Positions 37,001 through 43,663 of a stretch of 64,000 nt of DNA are shown piece by piece. Below the pieces are notes generated by a model that was not told the DNA's origin, searched no databases, and saw nothing but the letters and a program-made list of their open reading frames with translations. The stretch's first letter is position 1. Each line of letters starts with the position of its first letter. A program made the position numbers and the translations under genes. This stretch comes from Treponemataceae bacterium (GTDB lineage: Bacteria; Spirochaetota; Spirochaetia; Treponematales; Rectinemataceae), in assembly GCA_963678065.2 (NCBI GenBank), contig CAXXVZ010000003.1, forward strand, positions 160,001-224,000, written 5' to 3'.

Positions 37001-39238
37001 GGCAAGAAGGTGCGCAGCTGGAAGGGTGTCGATGGCTTGCAGTCTCTCTACCAGTGGGATGGCCTCACAGACGATGGACTCAAGGCCCCCGATGGACTCT
37101 ACGGCGCCAGACTCACTGTCCTCTACCAGAACGACGACTTGTTCGAGATTCCCCTCGCGGGCATCATTCTGGACACGGTCGCCCCCAAGATAGAGGTATC
37201 CGTGACCTCCGCCATCTTCTCGCCCAACGGCGACAAGCGCAATGATTTTGCTGAATACATACAGAAATCCCTGCCGGGCGATGACTGGACCGGCAGGATG
37301 AAAGACCATGATGGAAAGACTGTACGGACCTGGACCTGGAAGAACGAGGCGAAGAACTTTGTCTGGGACGGAAAGGATCAGGCCGGGAATCTCCTCAAGG
37401 ACGGCAGCTACTATTACGAAGCCACTTCGACCGATGTGGCTGGCAACAGCTTCACGAGCGCGCCTCTGGCAGTCATTCTCGAGAGTGAAAAAAGGGTTGT
37501 GCGGCTTGCCGCCGATCAGCGCGCCTTCAGCCCCAACGGCGACGGCGTCAAGGACATCCTCCTTCTCTCGCCGCAGGTCCAGGCGCCCGACAAGATGACC
37601 TCCTTCTCCCTCGCCGTCACGGCGCTGGAAGTCCCTGGCATCGAGGCGGGAACGCCGGTCCGGACCTGGAAGGGAGCGCGGGATGTGGCCGACACCTACG
37701 TCTGGGACGGCTCAGGAGACTCCGGCAAACCCCTGCCCGACGGCAGGTACGCCGCGAATCTCACGGTCACTTACAGGAACGGCGACGTGATGGAAGCCGC
37801 CACGCCCACTATTCTCCTCGACCGCGTCGCGCCGAAGATCACCCTGAGCGCCTCGCCCCTCGTCTTCTCCCCCAACGGAGACGGCGTGAAGGACATCATT
37901 ACGTTCACACAGAGCTCTGTGCCGGGCGACGACTGGACGGGTCGCATCGTTGCAGCGAACGGCATCACGGTGAAAGCCCTGAGCTGGAAGACTCAGGCGA
38001 AGAGCTTCTCCTGGGACGGCCTCGACGATTCAGGAAAACTGGTGCGGGACGGGAACTACCGGTACGAGGTCTCCTCGACGGACGCCGCCGGCAACAAAGG
38101 CGCGGCCGCGGTCGAAGGTATCCTGGTGGACGCCTTCGTGCCCAAGGTCTACCTGACCGCATCCGAGACGGGCATCTCCCCCAACGGGGACGGCTTCAAA
38201 GACGATGTCTCCTTCACCCTCGTCGTGGACAGGCGGGAAGAGATAGAGTCCTGGAGCATCACTATTGTCGCGGCGGACGGAAGCATCAAAAACTCCTTCG
38301 GCGGCTCGGCCGGCGAAGTCCCTGGACGACTCGTCTGGGACGGCATGGACACCGCAGGTCAGGTCGCCACAGGCACCATCGTCGGCAAGCTCGTCGTGAA
38401 ATACGCGAAGGGCGATATCGCGGAAGCCACGAGCGACAAAGTCTACGTCAATGTCGCACCGCCCAAGGTGGACGTCACCCTCACACCCGAGTTCTTCAGC
38501 CCGGACGGGGACGGCGCCGACGACAAGCTTACCTTCGGCATAAAAGTCGCTGACCCGGCCAAGGTTGCCGAGTGGCGGCTCGAGGTCATCGAGGAAGCGG
38601 TGGTGGAAGGCTCGGCCCAGGACGCAGCCGCAACGCAGCGCCTCTTCAGGGCCTGGTCCGGGAAGGGTACCCCGCCCGCCTCCATCGTGTGGGACGGAAA
38701 GGGGCAGGAGGGCGAACTCGTGGAGGCCGCCACCAATTATCCCTTCACGTTCATGATCAAAGACGCCCTCGGCAACGCGACGAAGATTTCAGGCGTAGTC
38801 GCTGTCGACGTGCTCGTTCTGCGCGAGGGCGACAGACTCAAGATCAAGGTCCCCTCCATCGTTTTCCGGGCCAACCACGCCGACTTCGAGGGATTGGATC
38901 CCGAGATCACGGCTAACAACGCCCGCGTCATCAAGCGCATCGCCCAGATTCTCAACAAGTTCCCGGACTACCGGATCAGGATCGAGGGCCACGCCAACAA
39001 CGTCGGCAAGATGCTCGGCTACTCGGAGGCCCGGATCAACACCGAGGAGACGAAGGAACTCATCCCTCTCTCCACGGGACGCGCCGAACTCGTGCGCAAG
39101 CTCCTCGTCGAAGACAATGTCGATGCACGCAGGCTTTCGGTGAAGGGGCTCGGCTCCAGCGAGCCTGTCGTCAGCTTCCGCGACGCGAGCAACAGGTGGA
39201 AAAACAGGAGGGTCGAGTTCATCCTTATAAAGAATTAG
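22034..39238 (+). CDS. giant envelope protein (~5,734 aa): signal peptide, beta-barrel-like domain, 48 FlgD/CHU_C-like Ig modules, C-terminal OmpA-like domain
   Basis: AGGAGG RBS before ATG 22034; amphipathic strands at aa ~30-340; repeated FSP(N/D)GDG...WDG...PDGxY modules; IEGHAN...LSTGRA...GLG...NRRVEF at the C-terminus. Confidence 0.9.
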   Translation: MKAGRLKIVCCVFAAFVCSVPLMAYDPPAGAVYVPALTAPGTLVSSGSDTGSGTEAALDPSSSANPAWQAGARLKRLDAAYLGLTDWGVATQGWGSAASLSYTLPKAYGVWGFGLRFLSVPSAMTQLPLGTFGEGRVSFAKQVFSNLALGAGVSAQAGGNGSFGWGAGLDLGFRHDIGDAGFLKALSWGMSLSTIGKGFSYAIPSPVNGVFGTAATAITTPFTLGIEARGFLVRTENWRIGLGLGLSTPGFGDLDFKADLGIGYRDIFSLGVGWDAGLKDLRATTSRSLLPSVGLSVTIPLAGNGSPEAPGSITTSAAYAPLYGDVSAVGGGVGITFGKRDKSAPSVTLDLPGAPHETYYLSPNGDNVQDSLEIPVRVSDEGYLAGWSFRVEDKAAGKMIFHKEVERKLPDHLAGASSLAEGLGYVRASLPVPAKLVWNGYTDEGRRAPNGAYLVSFEAWDDEGRRNADYINCLTVVVDNDAPKVSVSGIDKNNIFSPDGDGIRESIQFRLGGSVEKLWKLDIQDKDGSVVRTEKWPNQSPPDFVWDGTDDKGTVVPDGTYSLHLSASKESGFAAAKTIEGIVVDTRRPAVAVELVGNIMSPNGDGKKDSIVIRPKLESKSGLEKFRVFVLDVDRKEVWSVSGTDPARLLDSYTFTGKDAAGKTLPDGLYEAGISLEYINGYSPQKFSPPILVDSTPPSAVLALNDPNRVFSPDGDGSRDSYAFSITGSKEDLWTLVMKNEAGAVVRTLEYRDSEPVEFVWDGRDDKGKVVPDGKYRLELSSTDKADNSARFVSEQVVVDNRRPALKMLIDWTDFSPNGDGIRDTVRLVPNLESRDGLVSWKVSVSDSSGREVWKVSGTDPAALKDKYDFDGMDPATGKLLPEGAYQAKTELVYASGYMPQASTPVFNLDATYPVVTLKADDTNIFFSPDGDGVRDSLSFAIKGSKEDLWSLEVRSEDNVLVRLVEFRDREPESFVWDGKDNFGKTLPDGTYTLTIASTDKAGNASKPVSATVKIDTRKPVVTLSVDRDAFSPNGDGIKDTVTLSPKLEQKDGILSWKLWVRDLAGKDIWTVSGDGTALPAGAYVLDGKTDGTGAKVIWPEGEYKAGIELVYASGPSPKAETGSFVLDATYPAASLTEKEAGSVFSPDGDGVKDVKAYAITGTKEELWVLEIKDGAGQVVRLQEYRNASPEEFVWDGRDNTGKIAPDGSYVLELRSEDKAGNAVKLVSRAVKIDTRKPAVSVGVDKDAFSPNGDGIKDSLELTVKVPLREGLTKWSVRIVGKAGNTVWSREGSDPAGLGDKYVLDGKISVAGASGAEVSQWPEGEYKAVMELSYDSGYEPKAETGWFLMDSVFPKATMEEKEPGTVFSPDGDGVRDVKGWTITGSVEELWTLEVKDKAGKVVRSVEYRNAKPEDFVWDGRDNVGKPASDGEYVVELRSADRAGNAVKLVSRTVKIDTRKPVVTLSVDRDAFSPNGDGIKDTVTLSPKLEQKDGILSWKLWVRDLAGKDIWTVSGDGTALPAGAYVLDGKTDGTGAKVIWPEGEYKAGIELVYASGPSPKAETGSFVLDATYPAASVTEKEAGSVFSPDGDGVKDVKAYAITGTKEELWVLEIKDGAGQVVRLQEYRNASPEEFVWDGRDNTGKIAPDGSYVLELRSEDKAGNAVKLVSRAVKIDTRKPAVSVGVDKDAFSPNGDGIKDSLELTVKVPLREGLTKWSVRIVGKAGNTVWSREGSDPAGLGDKYVLDGKISVAGASGAEVSQWPEGEYKAVMELSYDSGYEPKAETGWFLMDSVFPKATMEEKEPGTVFSPDGDGVRDVKGWTITGSVEELWTLEVKDKAGKVVRSVEYRNAKPEDFVWDGRDNVGKPASDGEYVVELRSADRAGNAVKLVSRTVKIDTRKPVVTLSVDRDAFSPNGDGIKDTVTLSPKLEQKDGILSWKLWVRDLAGKDIWTVSGDGTALPAGAYVLDGKTDGTGAKVIWPEGEYKAGIELVYASGPSPKAETGSFVLDATYPAASLTEKEAGSVFSPDGDGVKDVKAYAITGTKEELWVLEIKDGAGQVVRLQEYRNASPEEFVWDGRDNTGKIAPDGSYVLELRSEDKAGNAVKLVSRAVKIDTRKPAVSVGVDKDAFSPNGDGIKDSLELTVKVPLREGLTKWSVRIVGKAGNTVWSREGSDPAGLGDKYVLDGKISVAGASGAEVSLWPEGEYKAVMELSYDSGYEPKAETGWFLMDSVFPKATMEEKEPGTVFSPDGDGVRDVKGWTITGSVEELWTLEVKDKAGKVVRSVEYRNAKPEDFVWDGRDNVGKPASDGEYVVELRSADRAGNAVKLVSRTVKIDTRKPVVTLSVDRDAFSPNGDGIKDTVTLSPKLEQKDGILSWKLWVRDLAGKDIWTVSGDGTALPAGAYVLDGKTDGTGAKVIWPEGEYKAGIELVYASGPSPKAETGSFVLDATYPAASVTEKEAGSVFSPDGDGVKDVKAYAITGTKEELWVLEIKDGAGQVVRLQEYRNASPEEFVWDGRDNTGKIAPDGSYVLELRSEDKAGNAVKLVSRAVKIDTRKPAVSVGVDKDAFSPNGDGIKDSLELTVKVPLREGLTKWSVRIVGKAGNTVWSREGSDPAGLGDKYVLDGKISVAGASGAEVSQWPEGEYKAVMELSYDSGYEPKAETGWFLMDSVFPKATMEEKEPGTVFSPDGDGVRDVKGWTITGSVEELWTLEVKDKAGKVVRSVEYRNAKPEDFVWDGRDNVGKPASDGEYVVELRSADRAGNAVKLVSRTVKIDTRKPVVTLSVDRDAFSPNGDGIKENLTVSVNVPLREGLTSWKLAVSDKSGKEMWSASGKDSSTLPGYIVLDSEHPEAGLVASWPDGEYLATLSLGYASGYAPSVRSSVFILDRKYPQASVSVDRTAFNPSGSVGQNLVRITQKGSAEETWNGEIQDSTGSSVRSWKFTGEPQAVLEWDGMDRNGKLLPDGMYSYVLKSTDRAGNSFSTAPIQIAVDTEKKTLILTSDRRAFSPNGDGVNETLTFTVRFRAAERIKSYELTVTPLGASASATSRTVRTWKGSSGLFETYVWDGLADDGSRMPDGSYVAKLVVVYQNDDRIEAVTPPLIIDTVRPSITVSVSPLIFSPNGDGRSDFVLFKQRSVVGDDWTGTITSPSGAEVRVWSWKSDAGDFIWDGKDRAGNILPDGTYTYRIVATDSAGNFCDSGPIAIQLETEKKAVTLSADKRAFSPNGDGVNDTLSLLVQAATPTKVKSYELVISAQNVSGLSAGKTVRSWKGVDGLQSLYQWDGLTDEGLKAPDGMYSAKLSVLYKNDDKFDVSVSDLAMDRVVPSAKVSASLEIFSPNGDGRSDTVTYVQSSVPGDDWTGRMKDQAGKVVRSWVWKNELKDFVWDGKDAGGALLPDGIYSYEVSATDIAGNSFTAGPVTVRLETAKKAVTLSADKRAFSPNGDKVNDTLTLRVQAATPEKIKSFELAVTAQAVTGVTPGMAVKSWKGKEGIQDLYVWDGLTDEGRKAPDGMYGAKLSVLYQNDDRFDVSVSGIAMDSVVPSATVSVGSEIFSPNGDGRSDTVTFSQSSVPGDDWTGVMKNETGKVVRSWAWKNELKDLVWDGKDQSGVLLPDGIYSYEVSATDIAGNSFTAGPVTVRLETEKKAVTLSADKRAFSPNGDKLNDTLTLMVQASTPARIKSWELVISAQNAQGLASGVVRSWKGSEDLQSRYEWDGMSDGKSAAPDGMYSAKLSVLYKNDDKFDVSVSDLAMDRVVPSAKVSASLEIFSPNGDGRSDTVTFSQSSVPGDDWTGVMKNETGKVVRSWAWKNELKDFAWDGKDQNGILQPDGIYVYTVSATDIAGNSFTAGPLSVRLENEKKAVTLSADKRAFSPNGDGVNDTLSLLVQAATPTKVKSYELVISAQNVSGLSAGKTVRSWKGVDGLQSLYQWDGLTDEGLKAPDGMYSAKLSVLYKNDDKFDVSVSDLAMDRVVPSAKVSASLEIFSPNGDGRSDTVTYVQSSVPGDDWTGRMKDQAGKVVRSWVWKNELKDFVWDGKDAGGALLPDGIYSYEVSATDIAGNSFTAGPVTVRLETAKKAVTLSADKRAFSPNGDKVNDTLTLRVQAATPEKIKSFELAVTAQAVTGVTPGMAVKSWKGKEGIQDLYVWDGLTDDGRKAPDGMYGAKLSVLYQNDDRFDVSVSGIAMDSVVPSATVSVGSEIFSPNGDGRSDTVTFSQSSVPGDDWTGVMKNETGKVVRSWAWKSELKDLVWDGKDQSGVLLPDGIYSYEVSATDIAGNSFTAGPVTVRLETEKKAVTLSADKRAFSPNGDKLNDTLTLMVQASTPARIKSWELVISAQNAQGLASGVVRSWKGSEDLQSRYEWDGMSDGKSAAPDGMYSAKLSVLYKNDDKFDVSVSDLAMDRVVPSAKVSASLEIFSPNGDGRSDTVTFSQSSVPGDDWIGVMKNETGKVVRSWVWKNELKDFAWDGKDQNGILQSDGIYVYTVSATDIAGNSFTAGPLSVRLENEKKAVTLSADKRAFSPNGDGVNDTLSLLVQAATPTKVKSYELVISAQNVSGLSAGKTVRSWKGVDGLQSLYQWDGLTDEGLKAPDGMYSAKLSVLYKNDDKFDVSVSDLAMDRVVPSAKVSASLEIFSPNGDGRSDTVTYVQSSVPGDDWTGRMKDQAGKVVRSWVWKNELKDFVWDGKDAGGALLPDGIYSYEVSATDIAGNSFTAGPVTVRLETAKKAVTLSADKRAFSPNGDKVNDTLTLRVQAATPEKIKSFELAVTAQAVTGVTPGMAVKSWKGKEGIQDLYVWDGLTDEGRKAPDGMYGAKLSVLYQNDDRFDVSVSGIAMDSVVPSATVSVGSEIFSPNGDGRSDTVTFSQSSVPGDDWTGVMKNETGKVVRSWAWKNELKDLVWDGKDQSGVLLPDGIYSYEVSATDIAGNSFTAGPVTVRLETEKKAVTLSADKRAFSPNGDKLNDTLALRVQAASPTKVRSFELAVITQNVSGLSAGKKVRSWKGVDGLQSLYQWDGLTDDGLKAPDGLYGARLTVLYQNDDLFEIPLAGIILDTVAPKIEVSVTSAIFSPNGDKRNDFAEYIQKSLPGDDWTGRMKDHDGKTVRTWTWKNEAKNFVWDGKDQAGNLLKDGSYYYEATSTDVAGNSFTSAPLAVILESEKRVVRLAADQRAFSPNGDGVKDILLLSPQVQAPDKMTSFSLAVTALEVPGIEAGTPVRTWKGARDVADTYVWDGSGDSGKPLPDGRYAANLTVTYRNGDVMEAATPTILLDRVAPKITLSASPLVFSPNGDGVKDIITFTQSSVPGDDWTGRIVAANGITVKALSWKTQAKSFSWDGLDDSGKLVRDGNYRYEVSSTDAAGNKGAAAVEGILVDAFVPKVYLTASETGISPNGDGFKDDVSFTLVVDRREEIESWSITIVAADGSIKNSFGGSAGEVPGRLVWDGMDTAGQVATGTIVGKLVVKYAKGDIAEATSDKVYVNVAPPKVDVTLTPEFFSPDGDGADDKLTFGIKVADPAKVAEWRLEVIEEAVVEGSAQDAAATQRLFRAWSGKGTPPASIVWDGKGQEGELVEAATNYPFTFMIKDALGNATKISGVVAVDVLVLREGDRLKIKVPSIVFRANHADFEGLDPEITANNARVIKRIAQILNKFPDYRIRIEGHANNVGKMLGYSEARINTEETKELIPLSTGRAELVRKLLVEDNVDARRLSVKGLGSSEPVVSFRDASNRWKNRRVEFILIKN
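25066..30432 (+). repeat. intragenic tandem array A: ~4.07 copies of a 1,320-bp unit (4 Ig modules each)
   Basis: Lines 25081/26401/27721/29041/30361 are identical; only a handful of substitutions between copies. Confidence 0.97.
31661..36912 (+). repeat. intragenic tandem array B: ~2.7 copies of a 1,941-bp unit (6 Ig modules; three ~647-bp subunits)
   Basis: Unit starts at 31661/33602/35543; copies near-identical. Confidence 0.95.
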
Positions 39239-39310
39239 TGTAAAGCTTGTTCTGAGACACACGACGGCCGCTCCCGAGCCTTGGCAGAGGAGTGGCCGTC
39301 GTGTATCCGG

Positions 39311-40246
39311 TCAGAAATCTCCCGCCATGATTATTTCCGGTTCGAGTGTGAAACCGAGTTTTTCTCTCACTTCGTCCTGTGCGAGGCGGATGAGGAGCCT
39401 CATATCGCTCGCCCTGGCCACGCCTGCGTTGACGAAGATGTTGGCGTGCCAGTCGGAGACGGCGGCATCCCCGATCCTTTTACCCCTGAAGCCGAGCGAG
39501 TCGAGGACGGCTCCGCTCGGCGCGCCTATCAGTCTGTCGTTCTTGAAGACCGAGCCGGCGGAGGGAAGGCGGTAATGCCCCTTGCGCTCCCTGTCCGTCC
39601 GGCGCTCGCGCATGATGCAGGCCGTGCGCGCGGGGTCTCCGGAGTCGAGCTCGAAGCTCGCTCCGAGGATGAGGCTGCCCGCGAGAGGCTCCCTGTCCTG
39701 GAAGGGGGAGCGCTTGTAGGACCATTCGGCGGGGTCGAAGGGGTGAACGAAGAGTCTGCCGTCGGGACCCGCGGCGAGAACTTCGGGGCTGAGGTCGGCG
39801 ATCTCCGTATCGTAGCAGCGCGCGTTCATGAGGATGGCCCCGCCGAGCGAGCCCGGCATGCCGGCAAAATTCCCGAAACCCTTGAGTCCGCGCGCGAGGG
39901 TTTCGAGGCAAACTTCATCCACGGAGAGACCCGCCTCCGCCGTGAAGCGCTTTCCGCGAACCGACACGGAACGGAGGTTTTCGGTGCTCGCGACGATTCC
40001 CCGGATACCGCGGTCCCCCACGAGGAGGTTCGCCCCGCCGCCGATCACGAAGACGGGGATGCCTTCCGCCCGCGCCGCTTCGAGGAGGCGGAGAAACTCC
40101 GAGCGGTTCCCGGGCGCGATCCAGGCGTCGGCGGGGCCGCCTATCCGCATCGTCGTGTGTCCCGACAGGGGCTCATCGAAGGAAGGGCGGGCCCCAATAT
40201 TGATTTTTCCGAAGAATTGCCGTAGTTTGTTCGTCATTACCCGCAT
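39311..40246 (-). CDS. murB: UDP-N-acetylmuramate dehydrogenase
   Basis: HTTMRIGGPA, GGGANLL, MPGSLGGA.MNA, PSAGSVFKN, HANIFVN, LEPE; start may be 40237. Confidence 0.96.
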   Translation of the reverse strand: MRVMTNKLRQFFGKINIGARPSFDEPLSGHTTMRIGGPADAWIAPGNRSEFLRLLEAARAEGIPVFVIGGGANLLVGDRGIRGIVASTENLRSVSVRGKRFTAEAGLSVDEVCLETLARGLKGFGNFAGMPGSLGGAILMNARCYDTEIADLSPEVLAAGPDGRLFVHPFDPAEWSYKRSPFQDREPLAGSLILGASFELDSGDPARTACIMRERRTDRERKGHYRLPSAGSVFKNDRLIGAPSGAVLDSLGFRGKRIGDAAVSDWHANIFVNAGVARASDMRLLIRLAQDEVREKLGFTLEPEIIMAGDF

Positions 40247-40293
40247 AGTATGGAAGCATCTGCGGGAGATTCAAGACACCGACGGAGGACCAC

Positions 40294-41742
40294 ATGCCCG
40301 AGCTGAGACTTTTCAACACTCTGGGGCGCGAAATGCAGACATTTCGCCCCCTCGAACCCGGAAAGGTCGGCTTCTACGGCTGCGGACCCACAGTCTACAA
40401 CTTCGCCCACATAGGAAATCTGCGCGCCTACGTCTTCGACGACGTTCTCACTCGGACCCTGCGCTACTTTGGTTACGAGGTGACCCACGTCATGAATCTC
40501 ACCGATGTCGGTCACCTTTCCGGCGACGACGACACCGGCGAGGACAAGATGGTCAAGAGCGCGGTGGAGAGAAACCAGACCGTACTCGACATAGCGCGCT
40601 TCTACACCGAGGCCTTCTTCCGCGACACGGACAGGCTCGGCATCGCGAGGCCGAACGTCGTGTGCAAGGCCACCGAGCACGTCGGCGAGATGATCGCCCT
40701 CATCAAGAGAATCGAGGCTAAGGGCTTCACCTACAGTGCGGGCGGAAACCTCTACTTCGACATCACGAAGATGCCCTCCTACGGCGAGCTCGCCATGCTC
40801 AGGACCGAGGACTTGAGAGCGGGCGCGCGCATCGAGGTCGACGAGAACAAGCGCAATCCCCACGATTTCGTCCTCTGGTTCACCAAGTCCAAGTTCGAGA
40901 ATCAGGCGCTCGTCTGGGACAGCCCCTGGGGCCGTGGCTACCCCGGCTGGCACATCGAGTGCTCGGCCATGAGCATGAAATACCTCGGCGAGCAGTTCGA
41001 CATCCACGCGGGCGGCATCGACCACATCCCCGTCCACCACACGAACGAAATCGCCCAGTCCGAGGCGGCTACCGGCAAGAAATGGGTCAACTATTGGCTT
41101 CACAATGAATTCCTTGTTCTCGACAAAGGCAAGATGTCCAAGTCCGCTGGCGGCTTCCTCACTCTTCAGACCCTTGTGGACAGAGGCTACGATCCCATGG
41201 ATTACCGCTACTTCCTCCTCGGCGGTCACTACCGCTCCCAGCTCCAGTTTTCATGGGAGGGGCTCGACTCGGCCCGGTCCTCGCGCAAGTCGATGGCCGA
41301 CCGCGTCCTCGCGCTGAGGGCGAAGGCGGGGCTCGCCGGGGACGAAGTGCCGGGTCTGGCGGGTCTGTCCGAATCCGAGAGGGCCGGCCTCGCTCCGAGG
41401 CTCGAAGCCTTCGCGACGGCCCTCGGCGAGGATCTCGCGACGCCGAGGGCGCTCGCCGAGGCCTGGGCGATACTCAAGGACGGCAGCCTCCCGCCTCGCG
41501 CCGCGCTGGCCGCCGCCTTCGACATGGACCGGGTCCTCGGACTCGGGCTTGCTGCCCTCCGCCCCGCGGAGAGCAGTCTGGACTCGGGGCTTGCGACCGA
41601 AATCGAGGGCCTCATCGTCGAGCGCGCACAGGCAAAGAAGGACCGGAATTTCGCCCGGGCCGACGAGATCCGCAATGGGCTGAAGGCGAGGGGCATCATT
41701 CTCGAAGACAGCCCGGCAGGGACAGCCTGGAAACGCGCATGA
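40294..41742 (+). CDS. cysS: cysteine--tRNA ligase
   Basis: [25 protein letters not shown]. Confidence 0.98.
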   Translation: MPELRLFNTLGREMQTFRPLEPGKVGFYGCGPTVYNFAHIGNLRAYVFDDVLTRTLRYFGYEVTHVMNLTDVGHLSGDDDTGEDKMVKSAVERNQTVLDIARFYTEAFFRDTDRLGIARPNVVCKATEHVGEMIALIKRIEAKGFTYSAGGNLYFDITKMPSYGELAMLRTEDLRAGARIEVDENKRNPHDFVLWFTKSKFENQALVWDSPWGRGYPGWHIECSAMSMKYLGEQFDIHAGGIDHIPVHHTNEIAQSEAATGKKWVNYWLHNEFLVLDKGKMSKSAGGFLTLQTLVDRGYDPMDYRYFLLGGHYRSQLQFSWEGLDSARSSRKSMADRVLALRAKAGLAGDEVPGLAGLSESERAGLAPRLEAFATALGEDLATPRALAEAWAILKDGSLPPRAALAAAFDMDRVLGLGLAALRPAESSLDSGLATEIEGLIVERAQAKKDRNFARADEIRNGLKARGIILEDSPAGTAWKRA

Positions 41743-41787
41743 GAGGCGAAGTGACTGAGCGGATCGCGTAACCACAGGGTATGTCCT

Positions 41788-42369
41788 TTGTTTGATACAA
41801 AAGGGAGAGAGACCACCATCGACGTAAAGAGCCTCTATGACTCGCTCATGCCGATGCTGTTTCGTGTGGCTGTTCGCATAGTCCAGTCCCCTGAAACCGC
41901 TGAGGACATTGTCCACGAGGCTTTTGTCAAGCTGGTGGAGAAAAATATTCCCTTTCCCAGCCCCGACGACGCCAAGTACTGGCTCATCAGGGTCGTGAAA
42001 AACAGTGCCATCAACCATTCCAAACGGAAGGTTAGAGAAAACCGTGCGTACGAGAAGTGGTGGAAGGGCGAAACGGCCTTGGACACCGAAACTCGGACAA
42101 GGGGTGCTCAGGTCGATGCGGATGGGGTCTTCGTGGGGGTCTCGGAGGGCGCAGACGCGGAGCTGCTCCGCGCGGAAGCCGCAGAGGAACTCCGCACGGC
42201 TCTCGCGGGCCTGCCGGAGCGTCTCAGAACGGTGTTGATACTCAAGGAGTACGGCGGTTTGAACTACAAGGAAATCGGAAAAGTCATGGGTATAAGCGAA
42301 GGCAACGTGAAAGTGCGCGCTTTTCGCGCCCGCGAACAACTTCTGGCCATCCTCGGAGAAAAAAAATGA
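41788..42369 (+). CDS. ECF RNA polymerase sigma factor
   Basis: AEDIVHEAF, WLIRV, YKEIG...GNVKVRAFRAR; start uncertain. Confidence 0.9.
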   Translation: MFDTKGRETTIDVKSLYDSLMPMLFRVAVRIVQSPETAEDIVHEAFVKLVEKNIPFPSPDDAKYWLIRVVKNSAINHSKRKVRENRAYEKWWKGETALDTETRTRGAQVDADGVFVGVSEGADAELLRAEAAEELRTALAGLPERLRTVLILKEYGGLNYKEIGKVMGISEGNVKVRAFRAREQLLAILGEKK

Positions 42370-42935
42370 ACTGCCCCGACAGAAAGCTTCTGTCCGTGTA
42401 CGCGGACGGCGAACTCGATTCCCCGTGGAAGCAGAAGGTGGAAGCCCATATCGCGGGTTGCCCTTCCTGCGCTGGCATCTGCCGATCATACACTTCACTT
42501 TCAGAAAGCCTTGACCTCCTCGGCACCTCGAGGGAGAAGGCTGTTCTCGCCCGGATGACGGTCATGCCTCCCGCCGCCATCGCCTCACCGCCGCGTGGCC
42601 GGATAACGGTGTCTGCTCCGTCCATCCCATTCTGGCGTCGCCCTGTCGCGCTTCCTTTCCCTGTCGTCACGGCAGCTGCCCTCGTCCTGACTCTCGCGAC
42701 AGCCTTCGCCATCGCCGGGCGCATTCCATTGGGAAACCGTGGCACAAGCATGCCCGCGATCGCCAAGACTGTCATTTCGGCCCAGCCCGCGACTTTCGAG
42801 GCCCTCGTCCGCTCCATCGACGCTCAAGGGGGCGATTCGGTGATGACAATCGTCCTTCCGCCGGAGGCCACCATACAGAGCTCCGGCGATCCTGTCCTCA
42901 TGACGGCGTCGACGGCCACAGGCGGCAACAGGTGA
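42366..42935 (+). CDS. zinc-finger (HxxxCxxC) anti-sigma factor
   Basis: CPDRKLLSVYADGEL...HIAGCPSC, TM helix; ATGA overlap with the sigma gene. Confidence 0.85.
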   Translation: MNCPDRKLLSVYADGELDSPWKQKVEAHIAGCPSCAGICRSYTSLSESLDLLGTSREKAVLARMTVMPPAAIASPPRGRITVSAPSIPFWRRPVALPFPVVTAAALVLTLATAFAIAGRIPLGNRGTSMPAIAKTVISAQPATFEALVRSIDAQGGDSVMTIVLPPEATIQSSGDPVLMTASTATGGNR

Positions 42936-43663
42936 GATTCAGCCTCCGGACTTCTGGCGAAAGTGGAATGCTCCTGCTGTTCGCCGCTTTCCTGTTCGCA
43001 AGGATGCCGCTGTCGGCGCAGACCAAGCCCGCTCAGGCCGGAGCGTCCACGACGGTTCCCGCACAGGGACAGGTTCAGCCCAGTCCTCCGCCTCAGGGAC
43101 AGTCCGCGTCCACGACGGTTCCCGCGAACCCGAAGACCTCCGTTCCAGCGAAGACCTACTCGATACGGGTCCGCGCGAGTGTCGTGGGAATCGGAAAGGA
43201 TTCCGCCGACTCAAGCGCTCTCTCTCAGCAGAGCACCCGGCAGCAGGGATCTGGCTCTGCCCCGGCAGCCGTCCAATCGGCGCCCAGCCTCAGCGCGTCT
43301 CTTCCGGATTCTCCGGAAGCGAAGGGGGGCTTCGTCGAAGCCCTCGACAGAAAGGCCAAGTGGGGCGTCGAGCAGATCAAATACGCCTCGCCGGGAACAC
43401 CGATCCAGGTCAAACTCATCGGCGCTAACATAGTATCCCTCATCCAGCTCATTCCTTTCGAAAATGGCCCCAACTCCCTCGACGTTGTCGCCTCGGGCCA
43501 GGTCTGGGTCATGATGCCCGACGGCGGAATAAAATACCGGACGACGGTGAGCACACTCTCGGTGACCCTGGCGGAGCGGATGTTCTTTTTCCCTCTCGGA
43601 TACGGGCCCGACGGCTCGGCCCCTCTCGTCGTCGAAATAATCGTAGACAGGCTCGCGAAATGA
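42932..43663 (+). CDS. exported hypothetical protein
   Basis: GTGA overlap; signal peptide; low-complexity linker with a 20-bp repeat (43043 and 43106, ASTTVPA). Confidence 0.7.
   Translation: MRFSLRTSGESGMLLLFAAFLFARMPLSAQTKPAQAGASTTVPAQGQVQPSPPPQGQSASTTVPANPKTSVPAKTYSIRVRASVVGIGKDSADSSALSQQSTRQQGSGSAPAAVQSAPSLSASLPDSPEAKGGFVEALDRKAKWGVEQIKYASPGTPIQVKLIGANIVSLIQLIPFENGPNSLDVVASGQVWVMMPDGGIKYRTTVSTLSVTLAERMFFFPLGYGPDGSAPLVVEIIVDRLAK

Noticed and set aside
25006..37309. Repeated 180-460-aa ORFs antisense to or out of frame with the giant gene
   Set aside because: Shadows of the repeats and their skewed codon usage (S/T/P/F- or H/R-rich); no RBS or domain motifs
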